From positions 39,558,001 to 39,622,000 of the forward strand of contig CM119372.1 in the NCBI GenBank assembly GCA_051294905.1: DNA of 64,000 bases. Reading direction: 5' to 3'. Each line of letters starts with the position of its first letter. The first letter of the stretch is position 1. The DNA comes from Botryllus schlosseri (Eukaryota). Of this stretch, positions 38,695-51,934 are shown one piece after another. The position numbers and the translations under genes were made by a program. The notes below the pieces were generated by a model that ran no database searches, had not been told where the DNA came from, and was given only the letters and a program-made list of their open reading frames with translations.

Positions 38695-39817
38695 TAGGGT
38701 TGCCATATTTTTGTGAAGCAAATTCCGGACACTTTTTAGCGCCCACTAGCGGATTTTAAAATGAGGTGTAACACATTGACCGTCAATATGACGTCACTCT
38801 AGCAAAGCATTGCTCATCGACTGTATACACTATATAGGAATGAAGTGGAGCATAGGTCATGAATTGGGCCATCTGTAATGTGAGCTCTGGTGATTGCTAC
38901 TTGCTAGGGTTTGCAATAGATTCCTCCACGGGCCGGATGAAATCATCCGGCGGGCCGTGTTTGGCCTGTCAGGTTTGTGTTTGACAGCCCTGCTATACAG
39001 CTACGTCGGTGCGGCTATCTGTTTATGTGTTTTAATCAGGTCCGAAACAACATTCCCCCCCCCCCTTCCGCCCAAAAAGCACTGATCTTGGGCCCACCAT
39101 AGGGTAGTCGATGTAACTTGTTGGGCACTTACTATATGCATTTGGCTGTTAAATTTTATGTATGAATTCTGTCAATGATATTGATTCTTCGATATATAAG
39201 GCGACTAAAAAATGCACCAGCAGGTTGCACATCCAGTGATTTCCAGCCTGTTATGCTCGCGACCTCATTTCCCACTTGAAAATGTTCCGTGGTAAAGCTC
39301 AAAACTTGCTGATTACTAAAAAAATTCAGCTTGCCGAAACTTACTCACGGCCTAGGAAGCTGCTTACGTCCAACATCATCGCGATCTCCAGCTAAAGGCG
39401 GACGACCTCAAGATTTGGAGCCACTGTCTGTGATTGAAGCATCCAATCGGCCTTAACCAACTCTAGGAATATACCATTAGCTTATAATTGCGATTACAAT
39501 CAGACTTATTTCAGTAAATGATGGTTATTTATATTTATTTTGATTGCGTTTTTTGATGAGGGTGGTTGGTGCCTGGATCCCATACTAATATCATTATACG
39601 CTGCATTAACTCGCCCGCGCCGCGAAGAACAATTTTGAATAGCATAAATCTGCTTGAAAATAATATTGTTTATGTTGATTTACTTAAAACTTTTGAGCCT
39701 GCTTCAAGCCTTCAAAATTCCGGACATTTCGGCATATTTTAGAAATTCCTCCCGGACGCAGATTTTTCAGTAAAATTCCGGACATGTCCGGGAAATTCCG
39801 GACGTATGGCAACCCTA
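38695..39817. mobile_element. hAT-type MITE with TTCCGGAC subterminal repeats
   Basis: TIR TAGGGTTGCCATA/TATGGCAACCCTA; perfect TSD ttctatgg. Confidence 0.9.
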
Positions 39818-40486
39818 TTCTATGGTTCTCTCACAAATAAATTGACCGCAAACGAAGTGATCGAAGTTCACGGTGTCGTAAACTAGGTTAGTAAAGTAAT
39901 TTAATAGCAAAATGTCTATTTCTGTTCTCTGTTCTTACCTTAACCAAAACCTCTTGTTTTATTGAAATTGAATTAGAATATAGTTTATATAGTCCTCGGC
40001 CATTGGTGCAGTCTTGAATTGTTTCTTATCAATTTGTAAATGGGTAATGTATTGCATCTTATCGATTCGTTTCTCTATTCTCTATTTTGGCTGGTGACTA
40101 TAAATTGAGGCTATACAATTATGTAGTTTAGCAGTTCTACATATAAGTGAGTGATATAGCGGCTTATTGCGTGTATATTTAATTCTATATTCGTTCATCG
40201 GTTCAAAATCAATGACCACACAATCTGTATGCTAGACAGCTAGCCAACTGCAATGGCGTAACATCCCAGCAAACACTCGATGTCCAGTTGACTTCCGGTG
40301 GAATTGCCTGCAGGACGTCCGGTAACTTACGGCCGTCACCTCCCTGGAGTGGGTTTGTCGACAACTAGAGACGTCCTGTCTGCCCTCTGAGTACGTCCGC
40401 AATGACGTGTTGTGGACATGAAGCGACCCCTCATGGACGCGGCTGACCTAGCCTGGACGTCACGTGGTTCCCTATGGGCGCGCCTG

Positions 40487-40650
40487 ACGTACTGTGGACG
40501 TGACGCCACTCCCTATGGATGCCAGTCCGCGTACTGTGGACGTGACCCCACTCCCTATGGACGCCAGTCCACGTACTGTGGACGTGACCCCACTCCCTAT
40601 GGACGCCAGTCCACGTACTGTGGACGTGACGCCACTCCCTATGGACGCCA
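40487..40650. repeat. 42-bp tandem repeat, about 4 copies, subterminal in the EnSpm-like element
   Basis: gtactgtggacgtgac recurs at 40489, 40531, 40573 and 40615. Confidence 0.92.
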
Positions 40651-41355
40651 TACTTCATGATTTCCATGATGACCACTTCGATACCTGCTCCAACTACATG
40701 AAATCCAACATCATATAAGCTCACATACTGTTTATGTTGGATTACTGGAAAATTGCAAATTACAAGTACAACATAATGAACTAATATTATTTAACAAACT
40801 ATATAAAGATTAGGTGAAAATTCGATCACAAAATGTATGAAATATATGAAATAAATGTGTCACATGAATTTTGGTAACAGCAGCTAGTTCTAACTAACAT
40901 GACAAACATTCCAATTGAGGTGCATATGAGAAATTTGAAAGAAACGTGTCACAGGAATTTGACAAAGGACAACTGCAAAGACAATTAAAAACAGACCTAA
41001 GCAATCATAAGTAGAAACTACCATTGCAAGATGTAAAATGACGCATCGGTTGCACCGCATAATGTTAAGAGCGCGAGCGCGTATTCGTCTTTGGCAATAA
41101 ACTTGGTTGCAACAACAGGTTTCTTCTCAGTCCTTGTTTCGCCTGAAGCACATAAAACAATGTCAGCAAATGGTTTGTAGATCCACTCTTCATAGCACAT
41201 GAAATAGGTGTCAGACTCCATTATATATTTCCACTTGCATTAATTGTGATTTGTCTTGTAAATCGCTACTTCTATTTGTACTCGAGTGTGGATAGCTTCT
41301 GAACTAGCGATACGGAGTATGCAACACGCCAATCAAATTAACTTGTAGCAACACC

Positions 41356-41851
41356 TAGGGTTGTAATTGTAATAACTCGACTCGAGTTGCAATTTTCTGA
41401 TGACTCGAGTCATTTTCTCAAAATTCGGAAATAACTCGACTCGCTTCAATCTATGCAATGACTACGGTCATATGACTCGAGACTCAGACCGATATTACAT
41501 TGTAATTTCGAAAAACAGTAAAGTAACCACACTATTGGTATTTCGTCTAATGGTAGCGGTACTTTAAATGCGACCAAAAACCGTTGAAGGTGAAGAAAAT
41601 TTGTAGCCTATATCATAAATGCGAACCGTTGATATCACCGAACGAAGTTATAAAAAGTGGATTAAACAAGAATTTAACAGGAAACTGAGCAGTCAACGCA
41701 ATGACTTGGACTCGAGTCATAACACCATGACTCGGACTCCACCTATACTCGCTGACTTGGACTTGACTCGGTGGTGAATTGAAAATGAGTCGACTTGACT
41801 CGAGTCAAAACTATATAGGTGAGATTGACTTGTGACTTGGTTACAACCCTG
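41356..41851. mobile_element. MITE with GACTC/GACTT subterminal repeats
   Basis: Termini TAGGGTTGTAA/TTACAACCCTG; TSD gcaacacc/gaaacatc (2 mismatches). Confidence 0.7.
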
Positions 41852-42260
41852 GAAACATCTAAAGGACATACTTGAGTATTTTTCAGAAATTATGCTTTCA
41901 CATAAAGTAGTTTTGACAAGCCTTGTAAATCACTGCTTGGACCAGAGTGGATACATGGGGTTACTACCACTTCTACTCCATTGATGACACTACAAATACT
42001 TCTACTTGAGTGCTGAAAACAATTACTTTTTTGACCATCTCTGTTCAGAGGCATGCACCTACGACTACATGCCACAAGTCTTGACATTTCGACTTCGTCC
42101 ACTTTTTGAAACTACTCACCCCAGTAGCCTACTTTTCCGAACTTCACTTTCTACTTACACTTGAAAGGTAGTTTGATGTCTAGTAAATCGCTATTGATAC
42201 TTCAGTACTAACGACGACTACTCTGACCATCTTTGTTTGGAAGTAACCACCTACAATAAC

Positions 42261-42713
42261 TAGGGCTGGCCACAATGATTCGAGTCGAGTAAGTGAAAGA
42301 GGATCTAAGTTTCGAGTACGAATATAGAATCGAAATTCTAATTGTCGGTAAAGTATTATATATTTTCAGTACTCGAAACTATATAATACTTTACGGGGAA
42401 TTAGAATTTCGATTCTATATACCACTGTGAGGCCTTGAAACCTCGATTGGTCAAATCGCAGAATACCAAACATGTAGGACATAGCTACGCATGTTCGTGT
42501 AAATGACACATGTATTGTCACAAAGTGCAATGAGCTAGGTATGATCAAAAATTTACCAAACAATCTTCGATGTGATGTAGAATTGGTAATTTCGTCTTTG
42601 AAGTTGCATACAACTTGTCATCATTCACAATGTTGTGACATCATAATGTGTGATACTCGAATCGAAGATAAATAGCATCGAACCACCCGGGTACTCGATT
42701 TTGCCCAGCTCTA
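42261..42713. mobile_element. hAT-type MITE (TCGAGTA/TACTCGA family)
   Basis: Termini TAGGGCTGG/CCAGCTCTA; TSD acaataac/acaacaac; internal attgtcacaaagtgcaatga module also at about 44365, 52320, 55200 and 57405. Confidence 0.8.
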
Positions 42714-43746
42714 ACAACAACGTGCTAAAAGTATGTAATGCCACCAATAAATATAGTTTTTGAAACTTCTTCAGTACATACTTGTGTAGGCCTACTTTTC
42801 AGAACTTTCCTGCTTCTTTTTGAAGTGATTTTTACAAGCCTTGTGAATCACTAATTAGCCTATACTGGAGTACAAGTTAATAGCGTTGCTACTACTTCAA
42901 CTCAAGTGCAAACAACGATTACTTTGATCACCCCACCAACTATTGAGTATGCAACGGTCTGTGGACATACAAGCATGCGACATTATAGGATGCGATACAT
43001 GAGCATGTGAGTTAAATTACGGGTTACGGTTGAATTTAGGCTTGGGTTAGGGTAAGGCTTGGGATCAGGATATATATAGCGGTTAATTTCAGTGTTAGGT
43101 TTCGGCTAATGGTTAGTTTTGGGGTAATAAAATCACATATTGAAGTGACGCATGATAACGTGTTCCATGCGCGACTGTCGTTTTGATTGTGTCGCGTGTT
43201 CATATGTCGGGCAATCGTATGCAACATATCGACCAAATCTACTTTTTGAAAGTAAATACTTGAGCATATTTCAGAACTTCATTTTCTACTTCCATTTCAA
43301 ATAGATTTGACACACCCTGTAACTTGTTACATATAAGTGTGGATAAATTCATGCCGTTACTTCCACTTCAGTACAAAAGATGATTACTTTGCATACCTCT
43401 AGTTTCCAAATAGTGTATTCAACGTTTTAAACCTTCAATTGCTTTTTGACTTTTTCGCGGGCATGATGCAGCACCGATTTTGTAGTGTAAAAGCAACGCT
43501 TGTTCTAGGTGGCAGTAGTTCTTCCAAACGATGTCGGCCCCAGTCTACAAGGCATTCTTCGTACAGCCTGCTTGACGTTGTTGCCATTAATTGAAGACAT
43601 TGTCGATCTAGAAAATTTAAATAATTAGAATAGGTGTAGTGAAGGCATTTGTCAAGAACTCAAGCCAGTTATCTATAACATCCTGTTAAAACACAAAAAC
43701 AATGGTGTACAAGCTTGGCTATTCGCACATTCTACTCACTAATCAG

Positions 43747-44606
43747 TAGGGCTGGACACATGAGTACTCGAATCTAAATCGAGTATTAATTCGATTACCA
43801 GTGAAACTCAGGCCATGGTGAATTCGGCCCATTGAACTCGGCCTTTGGTGAGCTCGGCCTTCAGAGGTGAACTCAGCCTAAACCTAAGCCCCTCCCACCC
43901 TAATCTTGGGATACACCGAATTCACCATGTGCGATCTGATCCTTGACGTTCTGCACTCTTTGTCAACATTATACAGCTCCGTACGTCTAATATAACATTT
44001 TATACATCCGACATACGATACCGCCCCCTGTGGGAATAACATTCACACGACATATCCACCACCACCAATTCGCCATTGTATTCAATTATTAATACAATTC
44101 ACGACATTTATAATATTTTGTATTGACAAAGTCGAGTTCACCGGTCACCGGTAATTCTATTGATTCGAGCCAAGTATATGACTTTTTCAGGTAGGCCCTC
44201 TGAAATTATACGCTGTTTGCCACCAAGAGTACCGTTATCAAATAAAATTATATTTTTGATACTATTTTCCAATGCATAAGTAGCATACAAAATACGTAGT
44301 ACAAAGCTATTCACTTCAGTTGAAATGACATATCTGTGAAGTCATGATTAACCCACAGCATAGTCACAAAGTGCAATGAAATAGGTATCGGTCGAAAATA
44401 CACCAAAATATCTGTAATTTAGTGTGATGTAAAACTTGCATGGCATCATCGTATGTTCTTAGTGTAAACATAAAAGATACCTTTTCAACTTTCCATAATA
44501 CTCATACTGTTATGACTATAGCATCATAATGAGTGATTATCGAATACTTGACACTTAACACCAGATTCAGAATCAATCACTCAGGTGCTCGATTTGCCAA
44601 GCCCTA
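43747..44606. mobile_element. hAT-type MITE of the same family, with a nested GAACTCGGCC-repeat element (about 43797-44151)
   Basis: Termini TAGGGCTGG/CCAAGCCCTA; perfect TSD ctaatcag. Confidence 0.85.
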
Positions 44607-47600
44607 CTAATCAGAACAGAAGTAATGCGGCCAACCTGAGATATCTATAGAAATCATGCATACCAGATTAGCGTCACTGTGAATTATGGCACACTTGGAT
44701 TCAACGAAACATCGAGTCGTAGAGTTACAATATCAATATATCATGCAGCAATTTTGAGCACCACTAGCGAAATCCAAATCGGGAGCTCCCGTCACAGAGT
44801 CTATTTGCGCATCATTTATGACACTTTCTTCAGGCTAATTTAATCACTGATTAATGAACATGAACAATAATAATTCCTCGTAGCTCATCACTCCAACTTA
44901 CATGATTCAACTTCTTAATCCATGGACAATCCACGACTGCAATGCGTTGCTCCGAAGTTGAAAAGTACTATATAACATTGCCTGTTCGATATTTAGACTC
45001 CTGCTAAAAATGAAGCAATGTTGTATACGCAGACCCAGGTATGCCCCTGCCTCAACCGTATGAAGAATCCATTGATAATAAGGGTCTATAGTGTGCTTTC
45101 TCATTCACGACAACATGACTCAGCAATCAGTCTTCCCTATAGGGCCCATCTACTTTGTGAATGTCGCTGTAATGTAGGCCGTGCATATATATTTTGTGAA
45201 TGTCGGCACGATGGAATAATTATCTACTTTCACCCATTTTAAACTTTCATATTAATACATGACGAGGAACGTGCAACATATCCAATGAGCTAAATGCGAC
45301 TATAATTTTGCGACTACTATTTCTTACCAGGGATTTCAAGATATCATATAGATAAGCTAGGCTATATGTAAATTATAAGTTATCGTTATATTGCAAGTTA
45401 TAAGTAAGCATTTTAAGTATGTTGCACGGCGACATTGCGACAACCACTCTTCCCCATGATCATGTTAAAATTCATGTAGTTTATAATTGGTTTAGCGTTG
45501 GGGTATCATTAAAATAGGCTGAGGTTAAAGTTGGGTTAACTATAATGATCGCTCCCAGAATACTCTTAACATTAAACTAATATTAAAGCCATACATTTTG
45601 ACATGTTTACCGAAAGCCTCGATTAGTATCAATGGTTAATGTTGTTGTGGACACAACACAAAATTACAACAAATACGATAATAAATATGCCAGTCAATGG
45701 GATGAAAATATTCATTAGCATAGGTACAACTATATAGTTTTCAGCCACAAATTCAGCGATCTCACATTCCGTAAAGGAACATCCTATAATACACTTTCAA
45801 ATTATGTAGCTATATGAACCTAGGCTATAATACATTCATCAATGCTGCATCTGGTTTGCTGGATGGAAATTCTTTTCATAGTATATACACATCAAACAGT
45901 AAGTTGGATATTACAACAACATGAAACCCACTGTGCAGCAAATCGAACTTCAATGATTGCATATAATTAAATATTATCATGATCATGCTCATCGCTATAC
46001 TATAGCCTACTAGCCTAGTATTACAAGTACTGCATAAGTTTACGATTAGCAGCGGGTCGATTAGTTTCGTTCGTACATGATAAACCGCGGCGCAGACGTG
46101 TCACTATAATCATAGTGAAATTCATTACGGTATATCGCAGTTAATGATGATCGAGGCTGTTGCTGTTTAATAAATATAGCACTCAATTACCAAGCTTCCG
46201 TGCTCTCTGCCTTTCCAGTACTCATGACAGCGACAATATCAATAATAATCATTTGCACGCCCAATCGATCCACGCCGTTAAGTATCTTATTCTAACCTAA
46301 ACCATTCTTGTGATAAATCCGTCACTCCGCCATTACTACAAAACCTGCTCTTGCAAATTCAAATTGAATGAATCACGCGCGCATGCTCTGCTCGCCAGAC
46401 AGAAGAACGCCGTATTTTGGTTTTATGGTTGAATGAATTTCAAGCAACAGGCGTGCTCGGCTCGACACTCGAGACTCGACCAGGTATCGGAATTCGCCAT
46501 ATGCATTATCGCTGGCCTCTTGCGCAGTGCGGCCGTAATTATCGATAATAGCCGAGCAGACTGAGTAGTTCCGTGATTGGAATAGTCACCATACCATTAT
46601 TACGGTTGTCAAGTTTTCATGTCGGAAGATTTCACATGCATTTGGTATACTGTATATTTGAAATAACATATTTTGCCCTGATGTGGACATTTCGATCCAG
46701 TAATGTCACAATAAAATAGCTGTTATGCCTCTATATCGTACATTATATCTCTAACAATGTGCGATCATCGATAGCCGGGCTTCTGAAGTTCCGCGCGATA
46801 GAAAGTCATCGCCATAATCATCAATTAACATTCTCGTATTCACTCCGGTAGATTACAAATGGTGATCATGAGCGTATTCAGAAAACTTATTTTGCATTGA
46901 TTGCACATTGCACACTTGAATTCATAGAAACGATTTCCACGTAGGGACATCCTGACGAACTCCTGTGTTGGTGGCATCCAGGCATCGCACCATTATGACA
47001 CCCACTGGAATGGTAATTGGTGACTAGCATAGGAACATTCCAAATTTCACTTCCTCTGGTAGTCACCTGGAGTTACATAAATTGACGTCCAATGTTGGGC
47101 ATGCTGAGCAAGTCCTCAGTAACTAAGTGTGGGAGGTAGGACGAGTGGGAACAATTGTGGACATACCAGTAACTCCATGGGATATCGGGTGTTTGCTGGG
47201 ATGCCTCATACTTCGAAAAGGCAACTTTTGACTTGAATTGTGACTTGACTCGTGACTTAACTTGACTTGACTCGACTCTGAGTATATTCACTGAGATATC
47301 GCGGTCCAAGCTTAACACTTCAAGAGTGTGAACTAGCAAATATGCAGACAACCGTTAGTTGAACGGTACGCAGTTATGCAAAACGTGATCCATTTAAAAC
47401 AATAATCAATTGAGCGAGATTGTTGTAACTGAATCTTTTATGGCGTGAATCTTTTATGGCGTAACTGTTTTGTATTTTGCGCTATGTTTGCACATCAATC
47501 ACGAATTTCCTTTGCCGGAAACTCAAACTCACGGATCCTCGGGTAATTAAAATTAGCGATTGATTTTTGAAAATGCAAGCACAGAACAACGATCAGGCAC

Positions 47601-48050
47601 TTAGCAAGCAAGATAGTATGATATAGATCACGACTTTTGAAGTTTTCCTGTTATGTATTTCTCCTTATCCACCAAGGCATAACAAGGTAAAAATGCCTAC
47701 GCGGAACTAAATCTCATTTTTATTAAAGAAATAGTCAAATGCTCTGAGAGCCTCTTGGGCAATGTGATCTCTTGTAATTCGTCGTGAATATGTGGTGGTT
47801 GGTCGACGAGGTGACACGTATATTGCAATGATACGATTCCCACATGAAGAAGTAGTTGAATAATGCGGCGACAGGTTCCGGGTGAAGGGAGGCCTGGATT
47901 TGCAGTATCACTACACAACACATGTTTGCTCTCAATTTAATAAGATATGCTCTACATAACGTTGTCATTTAAAGTATCACTGACTGATTTGTAGAGCTTC
48001 TTGAAGGTACAGAACTTCAATATACAATTGAATAGTATATTCATATTGAA

Positions 48051-48450
48051 TGGCGCAGTTGGTTAAGCGCCAGCGTCACGACACCAATGGCAGTGTTTCG
48101 AATCCCGGTTTGTAACAACTTCTATGTGTCGGAGGTTGTCTGGACTCCTCACCGCCGATCCCACTGTGCTAGCAGTGTATTGAAAAGCCCAGAGACAGAG
48201 TATAAGTCACGCTCTTAAAAAAAGTCGGCAGCCGTGACTCGAAAGACGGACGCATGCAAGAGGATATGCCTGAAGAGTGAATGAAAGAGTGATTGAAAGA
48301 CGTCCCATGATCAAGCTGAAGATAAAGATGAACATTCATAACTTTACAACGTCAATGCATCTGAACTGTACAATAAATCTGTGTTGTGACGCACAAGGCC
48401 TAAACGGCGATGAGCGTCACTGTAGTACCGTGTGTGTAATAATGATAATA
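48051..48450 (+). mobile_element. tRNA-derived SINE, near full length
   Basis: A-box TGGCGCAGTTGG at 48051; B-box-like gtttcgaatccc at about 48095; (AAT)n tail; 14-bp TSD atattcatattgaa (48037-48050, 48451-48464); empty site visible at about 4750. Confidence 0.88.
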
Positions 48451-49442
48451 ATATTCATATTGAAATGAACCCGAATATTTTCGGCTGACACTCGTCAAGG
48501 GCAATCGTCAGCAACTAGTAGAGAGTTGAAAAGAACATTGTATATCAACAATCGTATCACAAAATATGACGTCACCAGCATGAAATTTCGGATGAGAGAG
48601 CGTTCAATGTACTATTTTCAGGTGGTACACGAACTCCTTTCGTTGACAGAGTTTGGGTTGGTGTATCTGATAAAAGTCGACTCCAAGGCACACAAATGAA
48701 AGTGTCAACGGCCCCTTACAACGACGGTAAATCTGTCGTTTCGATAATTATTCGCATAAATTGGATTATCTAACACATGTTCGTCGATGGCAGAATTAAT
48801 GGCCTTTCATCGGCCAGAATCAAGCTCAAGCGGATGAGTAAAGGTTGAGCTTTTCACCCGTGACGAGTGTGAGCCGAAAATTTTCGGGTTCATTTCAATA
48901 TGTAAATAGTATATCAATCGTTTACCGATTTCCGGTTTCTATTTAGACTACCGGTTTCGCTTCATAGCTGCTAAAATCCTATAACTCGTATAATCATAAG
49001 AGGGTTGTCTGAGATGAAATATTCTATTGTGCTAACTAACTGTCAATATTTCTGTTTAGAGATGTTTTGGATCAAATTTGTCCCCAAAAATCCATTTTCA
49101 CCTGTGATATGCATTAAAGCTCTTCCAGAATGACAATAAGAGGAGCTGCTAGATAGAAATGACAATGGTGTACGTTATATGTTCACTAAAAATCTGTTTC
49201 TCAATTTTGATGTCATATAGGTTGCGATCATACCCAAAGGTATCGTCGGAAGTGTTGTGCGTTATTATTAGACCTACATTCACCATCACCTATCTTTGTG
49301 GAAATGGGTTTTCTGCACTCGTTCATATTGCAGCTATCCTGCTGTGATCACTCGTCCATGATATACGCAACTATACTGCATAACGTCTGAATAAACCGAT
49401 TGTATTGAGCCTATATCTGTTACGAAGAACTTCACCATAAGG

Positions 49443-50589
49443 CAGGGGTGGGCAAACTACAGCCCGCAAGACCGTTCTGTGCGGCCCGCGAGAGTCTAAA
49501 GAAACTTTTTAAAAATATTGATAAAATGGGTACTAAAAATCGAAATAATGCAGGGGCCTGATTAAACTATTTCTTAGTATATTTCACCATGATAATTCTA
49601 AGACAGTGGTTCTCAAACTGAGGGACGTGAAAGCATCAGTAGCGGGGCGCGAAGCTGAGCTCGACAAAAAAAAATGTTTGCGCTCCGCGCGATTTACCAA
49701 CAGTTTCATAGTTGTTTCTCTGTATTTAGTTTGGATTTCACATTTAAAAATCTCTCATCTGTAGTCGTAACCTTCCATGCCATCAAACTATCAGTAAGGT
49801 TTGCTAGCAACCTGGTTGCGTTTTGTGATATCACGATAAGGGGGCGCGAAATCTCTCACCATCATAAGGGGGGGGGGCGAGTTTTTAAAAGTTTGAGAAC
49901 CACTGTTCTAAGGTAAATACTTCCAATATTATTTTTAATGTTTAATTTCTGGCGCGACAGCCCGATCTCAAGGCCCACGCAGTTTGAAAGGTTTCAACTG
50001 CTAAACATCACAGAAATCCTAAACGACATTGACATAATTCAGATCACGAGTGGGATTTCAGATTGGCCACTCCAGTTTTAACTATTTCAGTAAAGTGCTT
50101 ATAAAATCCGATTCGCACGTGTCTTAGGTAGATTCGTTCTATGTATGCGTAGAATTGGGGCATTTATATTTTATCCACACATAGTAGAAGCGTGTTTGAA
50201 GCTAACATGGTTATGATTCTGTGAGCATTATGTGTCCTGGAACTGAGCCAAAAGTGAAAATGGTAAATCTATGAACAGATCGCTGCTCACAGATTTTATA
50301 TTTCAATCCAGTTCTAAGAATCGGGACAACCGACTTTCATCTCTATAGTTTTGACAAATTGGTTATTGAGGTCGACCAGCCTATGAAATCTCGCCACTAT
50401 CTTTCTGACGCGTGTACGGTATCATCAAAGCAATGTTTGGTTTGTTTGAAATATCATCTCCATGTCCTCACTATAAAATCAAATACCTTTATTGCGTTTT
50501 GGTTTATAATCCCATTTTATATAGTGCGGCCCGCGAATGGATTCAGATGTTGAATGCGGCCCGCGAGCTCAAAAGTTTGCCCACCACTG
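49443..50589. mobile_element. hAT-type MITE (GCGGCCCGCG motifs)
   Basis: Termini CAGGGGTGGGCAAACT/AGTTTGCCCACCACTG; perfect TSD ccataagg. Confidence 0.9.
49604..49905. mobile_element. Nested hAT-type MITE
   Basis: TIR CAGTGGTTCTCAAACT; TSD ttctaaga/ttctaagg; diverged relative at about 59678-59870. Confidence 0.88.
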
Positions 50590-51775
50590 CCATAAGGCAA
50601 CGGGCTTTCTCCAGATAAGTATTGAATAGCCGAACACCAAGATGATTGGTTAGCTATACTTTTAATACAGATCACCAGAGACAATAAGCTACAATTGCTG
50701 CAATATCTAATAGTTAACGCGTATTTCTACACACATTATGTGCGAAAACGCCTAATTTGCATTCATGAGGGCACAATTTTGTCAAAATTAAGTTTTTTGA
50801 CGTCTTAATTTTCATTTTTTAGGTCAAAATCGCCTCAGTTGTCAGTTATATTTTCTTGGTAAGGAACGTAAATCTTGCTCAGTACGGGAGTAACGTGCAG
50901 CCCTTCGCATTAATCAGTACCCAAGAAATAGCTCTTTGTTTCAAGAAGGTTGTTGATGTTGAACTCCGAAGTGAAGCCTAACAGCAACGACCCTGACCTT
51001 ACGCCAAGTAACTGCAGCCAACGAATAACAAAATCTGAAATGAAAAAATTGAGGAAATATTTGCTCTAACAGTTACAGAATCGGAAATTTTCTAGATCAC
51101 AATTGCATCATAGAGTAACAAAAGTGGCATTATGTTTCTTCAAAGAATCAAGCACAAAGGTTTTGTCACACAATAAGAAACGGAACATTCCGAAGTGCCG
51201 ACTGAATTTTCAACTGAAACTATATTTTTATGATAGAAGAAACAGCCGTGCAGAGACGGGTAAAGTAATTAATATGGCTACTAAGAAGAAGTATTACTGT
51301 AAAATTGTACAGTGGAAGTAGCGATTTGCAAGACAGGTCAAAAGTACTTGGAGTGGAAGTGAAAAATGAAGGTGTGAAAAGTACTAACTAGTTTGAAAGA
51401 GTCAGTTTGGTCGACAGTTCGCATACTTTCAGTAGTTAACGGAAAGTCGTTACTTTGGCGAAATGGCGGACAAAATGACAAGTTTTCGAACTGTAGTAGA
51501 ATTTCTATTTCCCCGAGTCGGCAATTTCACTCATGAAAGTGGTTCGAACATATCACAAAAGTAAACTCTACTATACGAAATCGGAATACAAAGTGTGTAA
51601 GAAGTGGATAATTTTGCTAAAAAACAGCCAAATAGAAGTTGAAGCAGCCTAAATCACTTGAGTAGGTAGTACAAGTAGGCAATCCTACTTGAGTATATCA
51701 AAAAAGTAGTACTTCCATACCGACCACCACTGGAGTCGTGTAATGACATACCAGTTTTAATTTTTTGACAAAGAT

Positions 51776-51934
51776 TCAATCTCGCTTGGGTCGGTAGCTT
51801 CTGATGTAAAATCCCGTGAAAAGCACAATCAGGGATATCTGATAGCCGAAAACTGCCCAAAGCAGGAACTTTGGATAATCGCAGTCCGTGTACAGGGCGT
51901 ATGCCGAATGGATCAAGATGAGGAAAAATTGAAC
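51776..51934 (-). CDS. ELOVL4: ELOVL4-like elongase, last coding exon (VQFFLILIHSAYALYTDCDYPKFLLWAVFGYQISLIVLFTGFYIRSYRPKRD*)
   Basis: tttttccag| acceptor, phase 0; ELO motifs QF, CxYP and LFxxFY; TGA at 51778-51776. Confidence 0.92.
   Translation of the reverse strand, partial: VQFFLILIHSAYALYTDCDYPKFLLWAVFGYQISLIVLFTGFYIRSYRPKRD

Larger units (their letters stand above)
40265..47200. mobile_element. EnSpm/CACTA-like element (6.9 kb, degenerate, carrying nested MITEs)
   Basis: TIR CCCAGCAAACAC(T/C)CGAT(G/A)TCC; 2-bp TSD AT; the flanks rejoin to match the uninterrupted paralogue at about 20960-20990; GACGT-rich subterminal repeats. Confidence 0.8.

Noticed and set aside
40412..40724. 42-bp repeat as a CRISPR array or repeat-protein ORF
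   Set aside because: Head-to-tail units with no unique spacers, no cas genes, eukaryotic context; subterminal repeat of a transposon.
43020..43125. Interstitial telomere (TTAGGG-like tract)
   Set aside because: Highly degenerate and lying within a small inverted-repeat element (about 42955-43235); a similar tract is at about 45490-45540.
48051..48115. tRNA gene
   Set aside because: A/B boxes are present but there is no complete cloverleaf; it is followed by a SINE body, tail and TSD.
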